Shown: one piece after another, positions 28,867 to 38,769 of the stretch
How the letters are laid out: the number at the start of each line of letters is the position of its first letter
Numbering within the stretch: the stretch's first letter is position 1
The notes under the pieces: generated by a model
What the model saw: only the letters and a program-made list of their open reading frames with translations
What the model was told of the DNA's origin: nothing
Database searches by the model: none
From: Opitutales bacterium
GTDB lineage: Bacteria; Verrucomicrobiota; Verrucomicrobiia; Opitutales; PNEW01
Assembly: GCA_965197745.1 (NCBI GenBank)
Contig: CBDANS010000007.1
Coordinates: 768,001-832,000 of the forward strand
Reading direction: 5' to 3'
DNA: 64,000 nucleotides
Made by a program: the position numbers and the translations under genes

Positions 28867-29310
28867 GGACGCAACGGAGTGCGTCCCTCCAGAAAATAAA
28901 TGGAGAGATGAAGACACGGGCGATGACGAAGATTGTCGATTTACATTATAGAATATAGCTTCTTCTTCGTCCTTCCAGTTATTTCACCCCGGAGGGGTGA
29001 CACAATCACAGCTCGCAGCGTAAGCTTTGGGAATAATTTACGAATAATTTAAGCCCCAGCGGGGCGACACAAACCGGCTTATCTGTCAATTTGTATCGCC
29101 CCTCCGGGGCTCTGAAAATGGGTTGCACATCTCAAACCCATTGCTTACGCAATGGGCTAATTATGTTACGCCCCTCCGGGGCTTCGACGCTAAGATAAAC
29201 GAACTTAAAAGCGGACGCGACGACGCGCGTCCCTCCAGAAAATGAATGACATTGCGTGCTCTCCTATTCTGTTCTTTTCCGGAGGGCCACGCGTTGTCGT
29301 GGCCGTAACC
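28867..29310. repeat. REP cluster with IS200/RAYT-type palindromic repeats
   Basis: GGAG-REPs at ~28867, 29211 and 29281; agccccagcggggcgac / cgcccctccggggct inverted units at 28985-29185. Confidence 0.7.
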
Positions 29311-29479
29311 ATCAATTAAAATACTAAAAATAATTGATTCGCATGTTAAATCGGACGCAATCAGCCGTCGTCCCGCGATTGCAGGATGAAGGGTGATGGT
29401 GGCTGTCTAAATCGTAGACGAGGACGAAGATTGGTTCATATCATCATACCCATTTCCGGTGTCATTTGGGAATATATAA

Positions 29480-29640
29480 TAGCCCCGTAGGGGTACAGGC
29501 TATTAGCCGGGGGTTTTAAACCCCTGGGAAAAATAGCAAAAAAAAGCGCCCTTAAAGGGCGCTGATAAACAGGTAAACTTGAAGGTTAAATCGTTTCGGG
29601 TATCGATTATAATTGCCACCACCCCTTCAGGGCGGGTGGT
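29480..29640. repeat. palindromic repeat cluster (IS200/RAYT-associated type)
   Basis: agccccgtaggggt, ccgggggttttaaacccctgg, gcgcccttaaagggcgc, ccccttcagggc. Confidence 0.55.
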
Positions 29641-29655
29641 ACTATTTATTCTGTT

Positions 29656-29955
29656 TTACCCGGCGTTAGGGTCTACACATTTAGGACCTAGAAGCGGGTC
29701 TTTGGAAGCAAAGATCTGTGGGTGTTTTTCAGCTTCTTCATTTTTCGCTATCCATTCTTCATATTCATCGGGGACATCGGCATCACGATATATAGCTTCA
29801 ACCGGGCATTCAGCAACACAAGCATCACAGTCTATACAGGTGTCCGGATTGATGTATAAAATATCAGGGCCTTCATGAAATGCTTCTACGGGGCATACGT
29901 CGACGCAGTTCGTATATTTGCAATCAACACATTTTTCTGTAACTATGTATGTCAT
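29656..29955 (-). CDS. fdxA: ferredoxin (7Fe/dicluster, FdxA-like)
   Basis: MTYIVTEKCVDCKYTNCVDVCPV...CIDCDACVAECPVEAI. Confidence 0.9.
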   Translation of the reverse strand: MTYIVTEKCVDCKYTNCVDVCPVEAFHEGPDILYINPDTCIDCDACVAECPVEAIYRDADVPDEYEEWIAKNEEAEKHPQIFASKDPLLGPKCVDPNAG

Positions 29956-30442
29956 ATTGAGTCTTAATTTAAACGATACGCTACTTTAGATAAAATTTTA
30001 TTAAAAATAATAATAAAATAAGATGTGAGTTTTCTATCAGAATATTCCTATCCTTTTTGTCAAGCCTCTAACGAACAGGTTGGGATTATTAGTCAAAAGG
30101 TTTATGCGTATTCGCGTAAGTGCGACAAAGCAAATATGAGTATAAGCGATAGGATCACCTTGCACCCTCGCTTGTTTTTATGAAGTCCGACTTCCTCTAC
30201 ATCATATACGCATTATGACACTCACACTATAACGCTTTTCCCCGTTCCACTTTTACCCTTGATTTTTAAAACCCACTCTTCTGTTTAAATCGCTTGTTCA
30301 GGAAGTATCTTAAACTGTCAAATTGCTCTTTACTTAGTCGACCGGCAAGATTCGCTTCGTCAATTTTCGTGATTACCGGTTTTGGTAAATCCTTTTTTAA
30401 TAAATCCAGATTTTAAACGTAACATGGAAAATCCATGGATTT

Positions 30443-30739
30443 TCAATTATCTGGATTTTGACGCTTATCAGTGTGGCCTAAGTCTTTTCCCGGGGCAACT
30501 TGATCTCTAACCAACTGCTTTAATTCTGTGATTTCCGGAAAACGGCCCTTCTCTTTGCGTGACCAGATGACTTTACCATTAACGCGTACCTCAAAAACGC
30601 CTCCTGATCCCGGGACTAAAGCCACCTCACCAATTTCTTCATCAAATGTGGTCAATAATTCCTGGGCGTACCAAGACCCGCGTAATAACCAACGACACTG
30701 TCTACAGTATTGAATTTCTACTCGTGGTTGTTGAGGCAT
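30443..30739 (-). CDS. SelT/SelW/SelH (Rdx) family protein
   Basis: IQYCRQCRWLLR.SWYAQELL.TF...GGVFEV...FPE..ELKQ.VRD. Confidence 0.92.
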   Translation of the reverse strand: MPQQPRVEIQYCRQCRWLLRGSWYAQELLTTFDEEIGEVALVPGSGGVFEVRVNGKVIWSRKEKGRFPEITELKQLVRDQVAPGKDLGHTDKRQNPDN

Positions 30740-31876
30740 TTTCAATCTTCAATTGTACCCGTAGAGCATTCGTTCCTGAATATGATTGAATACTGAATTC
30801 GGATTGCGGATATACACAGTCGAAAAGTATAATTATAATCTAAGAGAGGATCTTTAAAGAGGTGATTCTATTATTGCATTTTTGCAATAATATGGCATTG
30901 AAATACATGCAATTAATATCATGTAATGATATTCCTATTATTTTAATTCGAGTTCTTTCTTAAAATGAAGTCATAACGTCATTTTAAAGTAAAGAAATAT
31001 GGCTCTAATATACACCGATTCAAAACATGATGTTCTCGATGGTGAAAAAAATGCATCATGTGATCAGCAAAACCCCAGTACCCCACATCAATTGAATAAG
31101 GGTAGCCGACGTAAAAGGTTTTCTTTAAAGAAGAAACTCCTTTTTTCTGTCATTGTCGCTGGGTTATTTTTCGGAAGTCTTGAGTTTGTCTGTTTTCTTA
31201 CCAAGTCTCTCTATATTAATTTTCGCAAACTTGGTTTACCCGCATATGCGGTTAATTACATGCCAAGTACGATTAAATACACGCTTCGCGAAAACGTGCT
31301 TTCTAAACCGGACAAAGAACTTTTATTTCGAGTAGAGCAAAACCCATCAGGTTTATCTATGCAGGGTTATTCTGGAATTAATGCACATGGCTTTCGCGGT
31401 AATATTTATGATCCGAGTCTTATAAATAAAGATGAGACAAAAATTATGATTCTTGGTGACTCCTGTGCCTTCGGGTGGGGTATACGGGATTATGGACTTA
31501 CATTTCAGTCGATATTGGAAAAACGGTTAAATCAACGGCAATGTGACTATAAAGTTTATAACTTTTCACAACCCGGATACAGTTCCAGTCAGGGAAGAAT
31601 AATATTTGAAAAATGGTTCTCTAGAGTCAGTCCCGATCTTCTTATAATTTATTTAGGGTGGAATGATATCTGGGAAACACCGCTATTAACGGATAGCCAG
31701 AATCTTAATCTATTTAAATACACAAAAAAAACCCCCTTTAAGTGGATTCAAAAATCTCACACTTACCTGGCATTTGAATCTCTCTATCAATCGTTAATAA
31801 AACCAAGTGGTGAGTATGCAGATATCAAAAATAAAAAATTAAGAGTCTGATTGGACCCCGTTTTTCGTACCAATTA

Positions 31877-32873
31877 TTAAGTGAGAGAGTTCCCGGGTAT
31901 TAATGGTTTTAGGATTGATGTATATGAGAGATCTTGGCGAAGTGAGGGCGTAGCCCGAACGCGGCCAAGATCTGAAAGGAATGTGACAAACTCTTGTGGG
32001 CTTTTAAAGCCTAAACGACTGTGGGGATGATCATGGTTATAGGTCTGGCGCCATTGTTCGATTACAACTTGTGCTTCAGCCACGCTGAGCAACACTTCAC
32101 GGTTCAAACACTCATCGCGTAAGCGGTTGTGAAACGACTCGATGAAACCGTTTTGCCAGGGACTGCCCGGATCGATATATATCGCCTTGATCTTTTTGTC
32201 GGACAACGACTGCTGCACTTGATGAGCAATGAATGGCTTCGCATGTCGTCGCTTCGCTCCTCGGAACACTGCCGTTGTCACTACGGATATAGCTGGGAGC
32301 TCCCTCCTTTTCAATGGCCTCGCTAAGCACAGAGAGGACATCCGATGAGGGGAGTTCACGAGCGACCCGGATATCCAGACATTCACGCGTATATGGCTTC
32401 GCTTCGCTTGAGTGTCGTCGCTTTCAGCTCCTCGGTACATCGATCAGAGTCATCATCTTTAATGGACCGCCATGGTCTGTGCGATCATGGACAAAGTCCC
32501 AGGACCAAAGGTGATTGCGACCGGTTGCTTTAGTAGGCGACCCCGTAGAGACCCCTTGACGGTGTCTACGCTTTTTAGGTGGCTTTACCTGCAACCCTTC
32601 TGAACGTCGTACCGCCTGAACAAACTTCCTGTTTGTTGTCCAGCCTTCCTTTACGAGCAAGGCACGGATGCGCCGGTAACCGTAGCAGGGATGTTCCCAG
32701 GACAGGGTTATAATCCGCTCGGCCAACCGCTGAGCTTTCTTACTGGCCTGCTTGGGCTGGTAGCTGAAAGTTGACCAACTGAGGCTGAGGTAGGAACAAG
32801 CCCTTCGCAACGAGCACAGCCCTCTCTCAGCCGCATCTTTTACTACTCGCTTCTTCTGCTTGGGGCTCACCAC
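31877..32873 (-). pseudogene. IS3 transposase orfB, disrupted by two micro-inserts
   Basis: DDE motifs present; 45-nt insert 32394-32438 (contains TGA) and 34-nt insert 32234-32267. Confidence 0.88.
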
Positions 32874-33133
32874 TTTTTTGACAGCGTTTCCTCCATTACC
32901 TGATTCTTAAGCATTTGATCAGCGAGCATCTTCTTCAACTCGGTGTTTTCTTTTTCCAGCTCTTTAAATCGCTTCGCATCGGCTAGTTCCAAATTGCCAT
33001 ACTTTTTACCCCAGCGATAGAAGGTCTGTTCACTCACGTTGTTGCCTCGGCAGATTTCCTCTACCGTTTTTCCGGTATCGGCTTGCCGCAGTATTGCGAT
33101 GATCTGTTCTGTTGTGTATCTTTTTCTTTTCAT
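32867..33133 (-). CDS. IS3 transposase orfA (HTH)
   Basis: Paralog of 3821-4087 (8 of 88 aa differ). Confidence 0.9.
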   Translation of the reverse strand: MKRKRYTTEQIIAILRQADTGKTVEEICRGNNVSEQTFYRWGKKYGNLELADAKRFKELEKENTELKKMLADQMLKNQVMEETLSKKW

Positions 33134-33808
33134 GAGGTTATCTGTTTATCCCGATAACCTCTCTCTGTTAATGATACCATTTTTGGGGGTCACTCCAAGT
33201 CCCTATGGAGGAGGCGATTGCCAACTTCAAAGCCTTTATTGAATCAGCTGAAAATTATCAAACTGAAATTATTCTAATACTGCCTCCCGTATCCAATCGT
33301 GCGCCGCGATTGAGTGGTATACTGGAATATAATGAAAGTATCCGCTATGCTTTTCATGATAATGCAATGATCCTTAAATTAGATGACATGGATTATGACG
33401 CTCCATCTTCATACGGTTACTTTTTTCCCGATGGGTTGCATCCCAATACGGAAGGGGCAAAATATATTGCTTTTCAAATTGCACCCCTATGTCATCGCAT
33501 TGCAGCGATGAGAGCAGAAAGCAATAAAAGCAATGGTTCATTAACGCTTCGCGATGACGATAACCGCATTTTGCAGCGCACTCCGTAGATTGATTCTCTG
33601 AAGAGCACTTACTCTCAGCAAATTTTATATGTCTGGATATCAGGTATAAAGGCTTTTACTTGCTATCAAAGTTATGTCTCAATAAGATATTATTTTATCA
33701 TATGATTGAAATATCTTTTAATTTTTATTAACACAATTCGGGGTAAATCATTTTAGTATCGAACCACGAGAAGGAGCTGACTCTTTACTGATAAAATATA
33801 AATTTCCA

Positions 33809-34276
33809 ATGATTTTTCGTGAAGCTACAGTTGAGGATATCCCGGAAATTTTTGAAGTGCGTGTAAAAGTGAGGGAAAATCTGCTAACCCTCGTTGAATT
33901 GAGGAATATGGGTATTACTCAAGAGAGTGTAGCAAAATCATTCCAATTTGATTGTAAGGGGTGGGTAGCAGAATGCGATAATCGTATCATTGGATTTTCT
34001 ATTGCTAATAAACGCACGCGTTCGGTATGGGCGTTGTTCGTTCTGCCTGATTATGAAGGCAGGGGCTATGGTCGGGGACTTTTAGAACTGACTATGAATT
34101 GGTTGTGGGAACAGGGACTTGATAAAATATGGTTGGAGACTGGACCAGACCCTCATTATCGCGCTAATGGATTTTATAAGTATTTGGGCTGGGAAAAGAA
34201 GGAAACGACGTTGCACGGGCAATTTCGTTATACCTTCACGCGTCCGCTGAAATTAATTGAACCGCTCAACTCTTAA
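33809..34276 (+). CDS. GNAT family N-acetyltransferase
   Basis: ALFVLPDYEGRGYGRGLL and A.GFY..LGW motifs. Confidence 0.92.
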   Translation: MIFREATVEDIPEIFEVRVKVRENLLTLVELRNMGITQESVAKSFQFDCKGWVAECDNRIIGFSIANKRTRSVWALFVLPDYEGRGYGRGLLELTMNWLWEQGLDKIWLETGPDPHYRANGFYKYLGWEKKETTLHGQFRYTFTRPLKLIEPLNS

Positions 34277-34407
34277 ATTTCATTATCGAATTTGTTCTAG
34301 AGTTATCAGCTGTTTTTAGTACCGCGCTTTTACCCTTAATCCTCTTTTGTGGAATAGGCGCCCTTGCTGACCGATTACTTCACTTCGATTTAAAGTCAGT
34401 TAACCGC

Positions 34408-35202
34408 TTGTCACTTTATATCTTTATGCCGGCGCTGCTTTTTACGACATTAATGAAAGTGCAGGTTAATGTCGGTGATGTGGGACGCGTCGCTTTATTT
34501 CTGGCCATTATCCTGTTGGGTATGGCGAGTATCGGATGGCTATATTCCCGAATCTTTCATTTAGATAAAGCTACCACCAGTAGTGCGGTTATCTCTACGA
34601 CATTATTCAATGCGGTTCATCTTGGATTTCCCTTAACCTTATTCTTTTTTGGCCATGAAGGTCTTGAGTACGCGGTTATTCTTGTTGCTCTCAATACTAT
34701 CCCTCATCACGGTTTTGGTTTATTCGTAGCTGCTCAGGGAGCACTTTCCAATCGAGATGCCTTACTAACCCTTCTCCGTATGCCGACATTTATTGTTATC
34801 GGCATTGCCGTTATTTTAAGAGTATCAGATGTTTCTGTCCCCGGGGTAATATTTGAGCCCCTGGCGATTTTAGGAAAAGCGGGTATCCCACTTGTTCTCG
34901 TATTTGTGGGGATGGAGCTTGGTCGTCTTCGGCTGGGGAAGGTGGGAAAAATAACTTGGGGGGTAATAGGAATACGACTACTCTTCGCTCCTGTTTTAGC
35001 ATGGGGTGCCGCAGAACTGGTAGGCTTATCGGGTCTTCTTCGCTCCGTTGTCATTATTATTGCCAGCATGCCGACGGCGATCATGCCGATTTCATTTGCT
35101 CGAGAATTTGGTAGTAATGTCGCTTTTGTATCACGAGCAGTCTTTTATTCGACTATTCTCAGTATCATAACGATTCCTGTTCTCTGTATTCTCATTCGTT
35201 AG
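34408..35202 (+). CDS. AEC (auxin efflux carrier) family transporter; true start probably upstream (~34285)
   Basis: YIFMPALLF, N...LGFP, RLLFAP and SMPTA motifs; multi-TM. Confidence 0.85.
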   Translation: MSLYIFMPALLFTTLMKVQVNVGDVGRVALFLAIILLGMASIGWLYSRIFHLDKATTSSAVISTTLFNAVHLGFPLTLFFFGHEGLEYAVILVALNTIPHHGFGLFVAAQGALSNRDALLTLLRMPTFIVIGIAVILRVSDVSVPGVIFEPLAILGKAGIPLVLVFVGMELGRLRLGKVGKITWGVIGIRLLFAPVLAWGAAELVGLSGLLRSVVIIIASMPTAIMPISFAREFGSNVAFVSRAVFYSTILSIITIPVLCILIR

Positions 35203-35325
35203 ACGAAGATTATGGCTAATTAATACACTATGAATCTTCGTCTGCCTCCTCGTCTTCGTCCTCTTATACCCTAATTACTTAATAATAAGAGTTATTAAAT
35301 CTAAAACTGTTTATCAAACTTCCCA

Positions 35326-35356
35326 GCGGACGCGACGACGCGCGTCCCTCCGGAAA
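35326..35356 (-). repeat. GGAG-type REP
   Basis: gcggacgcgacgacgcgcgtccctcc, same as 29211. Confidence 0.75.
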
Positions 35357-35476
35357 ATCAATAAAGGGTGGGAGGCAGACGAAGACGAAGATTTGTACCC
35401 CATTGCAATAACTTTCAGTTATATCCCGTCATAACCCCAATTTTTCTATTGTGTTAAGAGGATACCTTTTAGATAT

Positions 35477-36217
35477 ATGGCTACCATGAGTGAATTAGAA
35501 AATAAAATTGCTATCGTTACGGGAGCCGGAACCGGTATTGGTAAAGGGATTGCCAGAGCATTTGCCCGTGAAGGCGCCAATCTCGTGTTGGCTTCACGGA
35601 ATGAAAAAAATCTGCAAACCACCGCAGAGGAACTCAAAGAATATAATAGGGAAGTTATAATTGTTCCTACTGATATTACTAAAGAAGATGAAGTCCTGGC
35701 CTTATTTAAGCAGACCATGGATACCTTTAGTCGCCTCGATATCATGATTAATAATTCGGGTATATCCGTAGGTAAATCGATTGATGAATTATCACTTCAG
35801 GAATGGAACGAGGTTATCGATGTTAACCTCACAGGAACTTTTCTATGCAGCCGGGAAGCGATGAAAATCATGAAAAGACAGGGCGGGGGGAGAATTGTCA
35901 ATATCGGCAGTATTTCCGGGCAAATGCCTCGCTTGAACTCGGCCCCCTATGTTGCCACAAAATTCGGAATAGCGGGTTTAACCAAAGCAACCGCCCTTGA
36001 AGGGCGTGATTTTGGGGTGGCAGCCAGTTGTGTTCACCCCGGCAATGTAGCGATAGAACGGCGTGTGGCTAGTGAATCCTCGCAGGACCAGGAACCCATG
36101 ATGTCCGTAGACGATATCTCTAAAGTCGTGCTGACCTCGGTTACGCTACCCCCCAACGTTAATATGTTTGAGTGTATCACGCTTCCCGTCGGTCAGTTAT
36201 ATTTAGGAAGGGGATGA
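35477..36217 (+). CDS. short-chain dehydrogenase/reductase
   Basis: TGAGTGIG, NNSG, YVATK and HPGN motifs. Confidence 0.92.
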   Translation: MATMSELENKIAIVTGAGTGIGKGIARAFAREGANLVLASRNEKNLQTTAEELKEYNREVIIVPTDITKEDEVLALFKQTMDTFSRLDIMINNSGISVGKSIDELSLQEWNEVIDVNLTGTFLCSREAMKIMKRQGGGRIVNIGSISGQMPRLNSAPYVATKFGIAGLTKATALEGRDFGVAASCVHPGNVAIERRVASESSQDQEPMMSVDDISKVVLTSVTLPPNVNMFECITLPVGQLYLGRG

Positions 36218-36223
36218 GCCATG

Positions 36224-36360
36224 AGTCAAAAAGTCAAAAGGTCAAAATGTCAAAAAGTTGGTTGATGCAAGATGCATGATCCAGGATTCAGGATAATCTA
36301 ACCGCTTATCTCATTTATCGCTTTTACGCGTCTACGCATGATCTCATATACCTTTTGACC
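36224..36360. repeat. nested inverted array element (family A, GATGCAG, 8-mer)
   Basis: agtcaaaaagtcaaaaggtcaaaatgtcaaaaag ... gatgcaagatgcatgatccagg ... taaccgcttatc...ccttttgacc. Confidence 0.8.
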
Positions 36361-36367
36361 TATTAAT

Positions 36368-37102
36368 TTAATTATTAGTCCTGATAAGCCTGACGTTTTG
36401 CATTAGAAACCAGTTATAGAATTGATGAGGATGTATAAATGCCGGGGGCACGGCACTGCGCTGTATATAGCCATCCTTTACGGATAATCCTCCCCATTTT
36501 TCAATTATATCCTCGCGCACACGATAAGATCGATCGCGCCATTCACCTATGGGAATACAGCGTTCAAGACGTCCTGATTCAGTCTTTTTTGCTCTGACCA
36601 CAATCTCCGTTTCCAGTGGTTTAACCCTACGGGTATGAGCATTTTGCTTCCATAGCTTCTTCTCTACTTTTCCCACGGAAACTACTTCTTTAACTACATA
36701 TAGACCAATTATAGCGTATATCAACCTGTGCGCACACGCTTCAATTGGTCGCAAGCCCGCATAAAAAACAATAATATCATCTGATTTCATTCGGGTGATA
36801 ACAGCGCCGCGCCGAGCTCCATTGTCGCCATAGGTCAGTTCATTGAAATCCGGATCCAAATGCATTTTTTTATTCAGGAGACCGGTGGAGAATTTAAGAT
36901 TCCTCCTTAATCCCGTTTTATATTTATGACAGAACCCGTTCAAAGCTGGCAATGTCTCGGAATAATAGCGCTGTAGATGCTTATGGCTGTGTTTATCTTC
37001 TGGAATCGGAATATAAACAAATTCTCTCGAGTGCAGATCGAGTGGAGCATTCCACTTACCATATGAGCTATCAATACCAACTCTTATGAGAAGCGCTATC
37101 AT
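36368..37102 (-). CDS. Nmad3-like (nucleotide modification associated domain 3) protein
   Basis: RVGIDS..G..NAP...FVYIPIPE...HLDPDF..LTYGD...D.IVFYAGL pattern, recognised by eye. Confidence 0.65.
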   Translation of the reverse strand: MIALLIRVGIDSSYGKWNAPLDLHSREFVYIPIPEDKHSHKHLQRYYSETLPALNGFCHKYKTGLRRNLKFSTGLLNKKMHLDPDFNELTYGDNGARRGAVITRMKSDDIIVFYAGLRPIEACAHRLIYAIIGLYVVKEVVSVGKVEKKLWKQNAHTRRVKPLETEIVVRAKKTESGRLERCIPIGEWRDRSYRVREDIIEKWGGLSVKDGYIQRSAVPPAFIHPHQFYNWFLMQNVRLIRTNN

Positions 37103-37161
37103 TATTTGTCAAAAGTCTAATGTCGAAAGTCTAATGTCGACTCTAATAGAACTGACGAGCA

Positions 37162-37560
37162 TTAGGAATCTACATCGGCTCTTGAATTCGACATATCTTG
37201 TTTAATATGGCGCATAAGCGCGGCAATACCTTTTGAGATATTTCTACTAGCTTCTCTTAAGTCTACTGCGTCCTTTTCTAATAAATATTTAAGGTCTTCC
37301 GCAATATAGAGCATATTCCTCAATTCCCCGCAGGACCCCTTTGCGATACTAAGATAATGATAGAACTCAGCGTCTCCTTTTCTTTCATAACCTTCCGAAA
37401 TATTATTCATTACAGACACACTAGATCTTTGAATCTGATTTTTAAAGCCAAAGTCTTTTGCTGCTGGCGTTGTATCACCAAACACAGTATAAATGGTCGC
37501 GACTAAGGTTCTTGCGTCTTGCCAGATTCTCAGATCTTCAAAAGATTTTACTGAGTTCAT
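37162..37560 (-). CDS. four helix bundle protein (23S rRNA IVS protein family)
   Basis: SFEDLRIWQDAR...NQIQRSSVSVMNNISEGYER...YLSIAKGSCGELRNML. Confidence 0.93.
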   Translation of the reverse strand: MNSVKSFEDLRIWQDARTLVATIYTVFGDTTPAAKDFGFKNQIQRSSVSVMNNISEGYERKGDAEFYHYLSIAKGSCGELRNMLYIAEDLKYLLEKDAVDLREASRNISKGIAALMRHIKQDMSNSRADVDS

Positions 37561-37648
37561 ATTTATCTTAAAGGTTGATGTTGGAAGAATGAGATCTTTA
37601 TAAAATTTAATTCGGTATTAAACACATGACACTTAATATTAATTATTT

Positions 37649-37718
37649 TACCTTCGACTTTCGACCTTTGACTAATCACCTTTGACTTTTCGACCTTCGA
37701 CTTTCGGCTCTCACCTTT
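37649..37718. repeat. family-A 7-mer array flanking the four-helix-bundle gene
   Basis: cttcgac tttcgac ctttgac ... ttttgac ttttcgac cttcgac tttcggc; inverted partner gtcaaaa gtctaat gtcgaaa gtctaat gtcgac at 37107-37143. Confidence 0.85.
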
Positions 37719-37723
37719 CACAG

Positions 37724-38749
37724 ATGCATGCGGCAAAATCAGCCCCAACGCTCTCTAGAAAGAGGACTTATTTTCTCATTCGATTGTCAACATTTGCCAT
37801 TCTTCTCTTTGCTCTAATAATTTATATCGTTATGATGCCCAAAAGCTCTTATTCAGGTCCTTTTCTGCCACTCTCTGAAGATGAGAAAATTACACAGCGT
37901 CAGCTCAATAAACACATTGGCGTTCTGGCGAAAGAAATCGGAGAGAGAAACTTCTGGCATTACCTGGAGTTGACAGCGTCAGCGAATTATATCGACGAAG
38001 CATTTAAGGATTCAGGCTACGAAGTAGATCGGCAGGAATTTAAGATTGATGGTGTAACCGTTGCTAATCTTGTAGCAGAATTAAGAGGAACTTCCTTACC
38101 CGATGAAATAATTGTTGTCGGCGCTCACTACGACTCAGTTACAGGTTGTCCCGGTGCTAACGATAACGCTTCAGGTGTTGCCGGTCTGATCGAAACGTCG
38201 CGTCTGCTGGTAAATAATGAACTGTCCCGGACAATCCGCTTCGTCGCTTTCGTTAATGAAGAACCCCCATTTTTTCAGACTGCCAATATGGGGAGTCGCG
38301 TCTACGCAGCTCGCGCCCAACAACGCGGAGAAAATATAATCGCCATGCTTTCACTTGAGACCATCGGCTATTATTCAGAGGAGGAAGGCAGTCAGCGTTA
38401 TCCCTTTCCATTCAGTTTCTTTTACCCGGATGTTGCCAATTTCATCGGCTTTGTTGGAAATTTATCATCGCGCCGTCTGGTTCATCAGGCCATCGCTTCA
38501 TTTCGTGAACATACAAAGTTTCCCTCCGAAGGGACAGCTGCTCCGGGATGGATGACGGGGGTGGGGTGGTCAGACCATTGGTCTTTTTGGAAAGAAGGGT
38601 ACCCGGCGATAATGATCACTGATTCCGCGCTCTTCCGTTACAATTTTTACCACACCCCGGAGGATACACCGGACAAGATTGACACGGCGCGGATGGCGCG
38701 CGTGGTGAATGGGGTATCGCGTATAATCTCCGACCTTGCCACAAACTGA
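37724..38749 (+). CDS. M28 family peptidase
   Basis: VGAHYDS, GANDNASG, FVNEEP, LETIG, SDH and YH motifs; N-terminal TM. Confidence 0.92.
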   Translation: MHAAKSAPTLSRKRTYFLIRLSTFAILLFALIIYIVMMPKSSYSGPFLPLSEDEKITQRQLNKHIGVLAKEIGERNFWHYLELTASANYIDEAFKDSGYEVDRQEFKIDGVTVANLVAELRGTSLPDEIIVVGAHYDSVTGCPGANDNASGVAGLIETSRLLVNNELSRTIRFVAFVNEEPPFFQTANMGSRVYAARAQQRGENIIAMLSLETIGYYSEEEGSQRYPFPFSFFYPDVANFIGFVGNLSSRRLVHQAIASFREHTKFPSEGTAAPGWMTGVGWSDHWSFWKEGYPAIMITDSALFRYNFYHTPEDTPDKIDTARMARVVNGVSRIISDLATN

Positions 38750-38769
38750 TATTTTAAAGCTTTTAATGC

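Larger units (their letters stand above)
31848..33197 (-). mobile_element. IS3-family insertion sequence, copy 2 (orfB disrupted)
   Basis: 1350 bp, TG...CA TIRs, 4-bp target duplication AGTC (31844-31847 / 33198-33201), A6G frameshift site. Confidence 0.95.
30999..33588 (+). pseudogene. SGNH/GDSL hydrolase interrupted by IS3 copy 2
   Basis: 5' part (30999-31847) has LGDS, PGYSS.QG and GWND; 3' part has DGLHPN. Removing the IS and one AGTC copy restores an in-frame KKLRVPMEEAI. Confidence 0.88.

Noticed and set aside
30443..30739. Selenoprotein
   Set aside because: The redox motif is CxxC (CRQC), with no in-frame TGA.
13791..37560. Diversity-generating retroelement (because of the Avd-like fold) or rRNA intervening sequence
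   Set aside because: No reverse transcriptase, no TR/VR pair with adenine-specific mismatches, and no rRNA around either gene.
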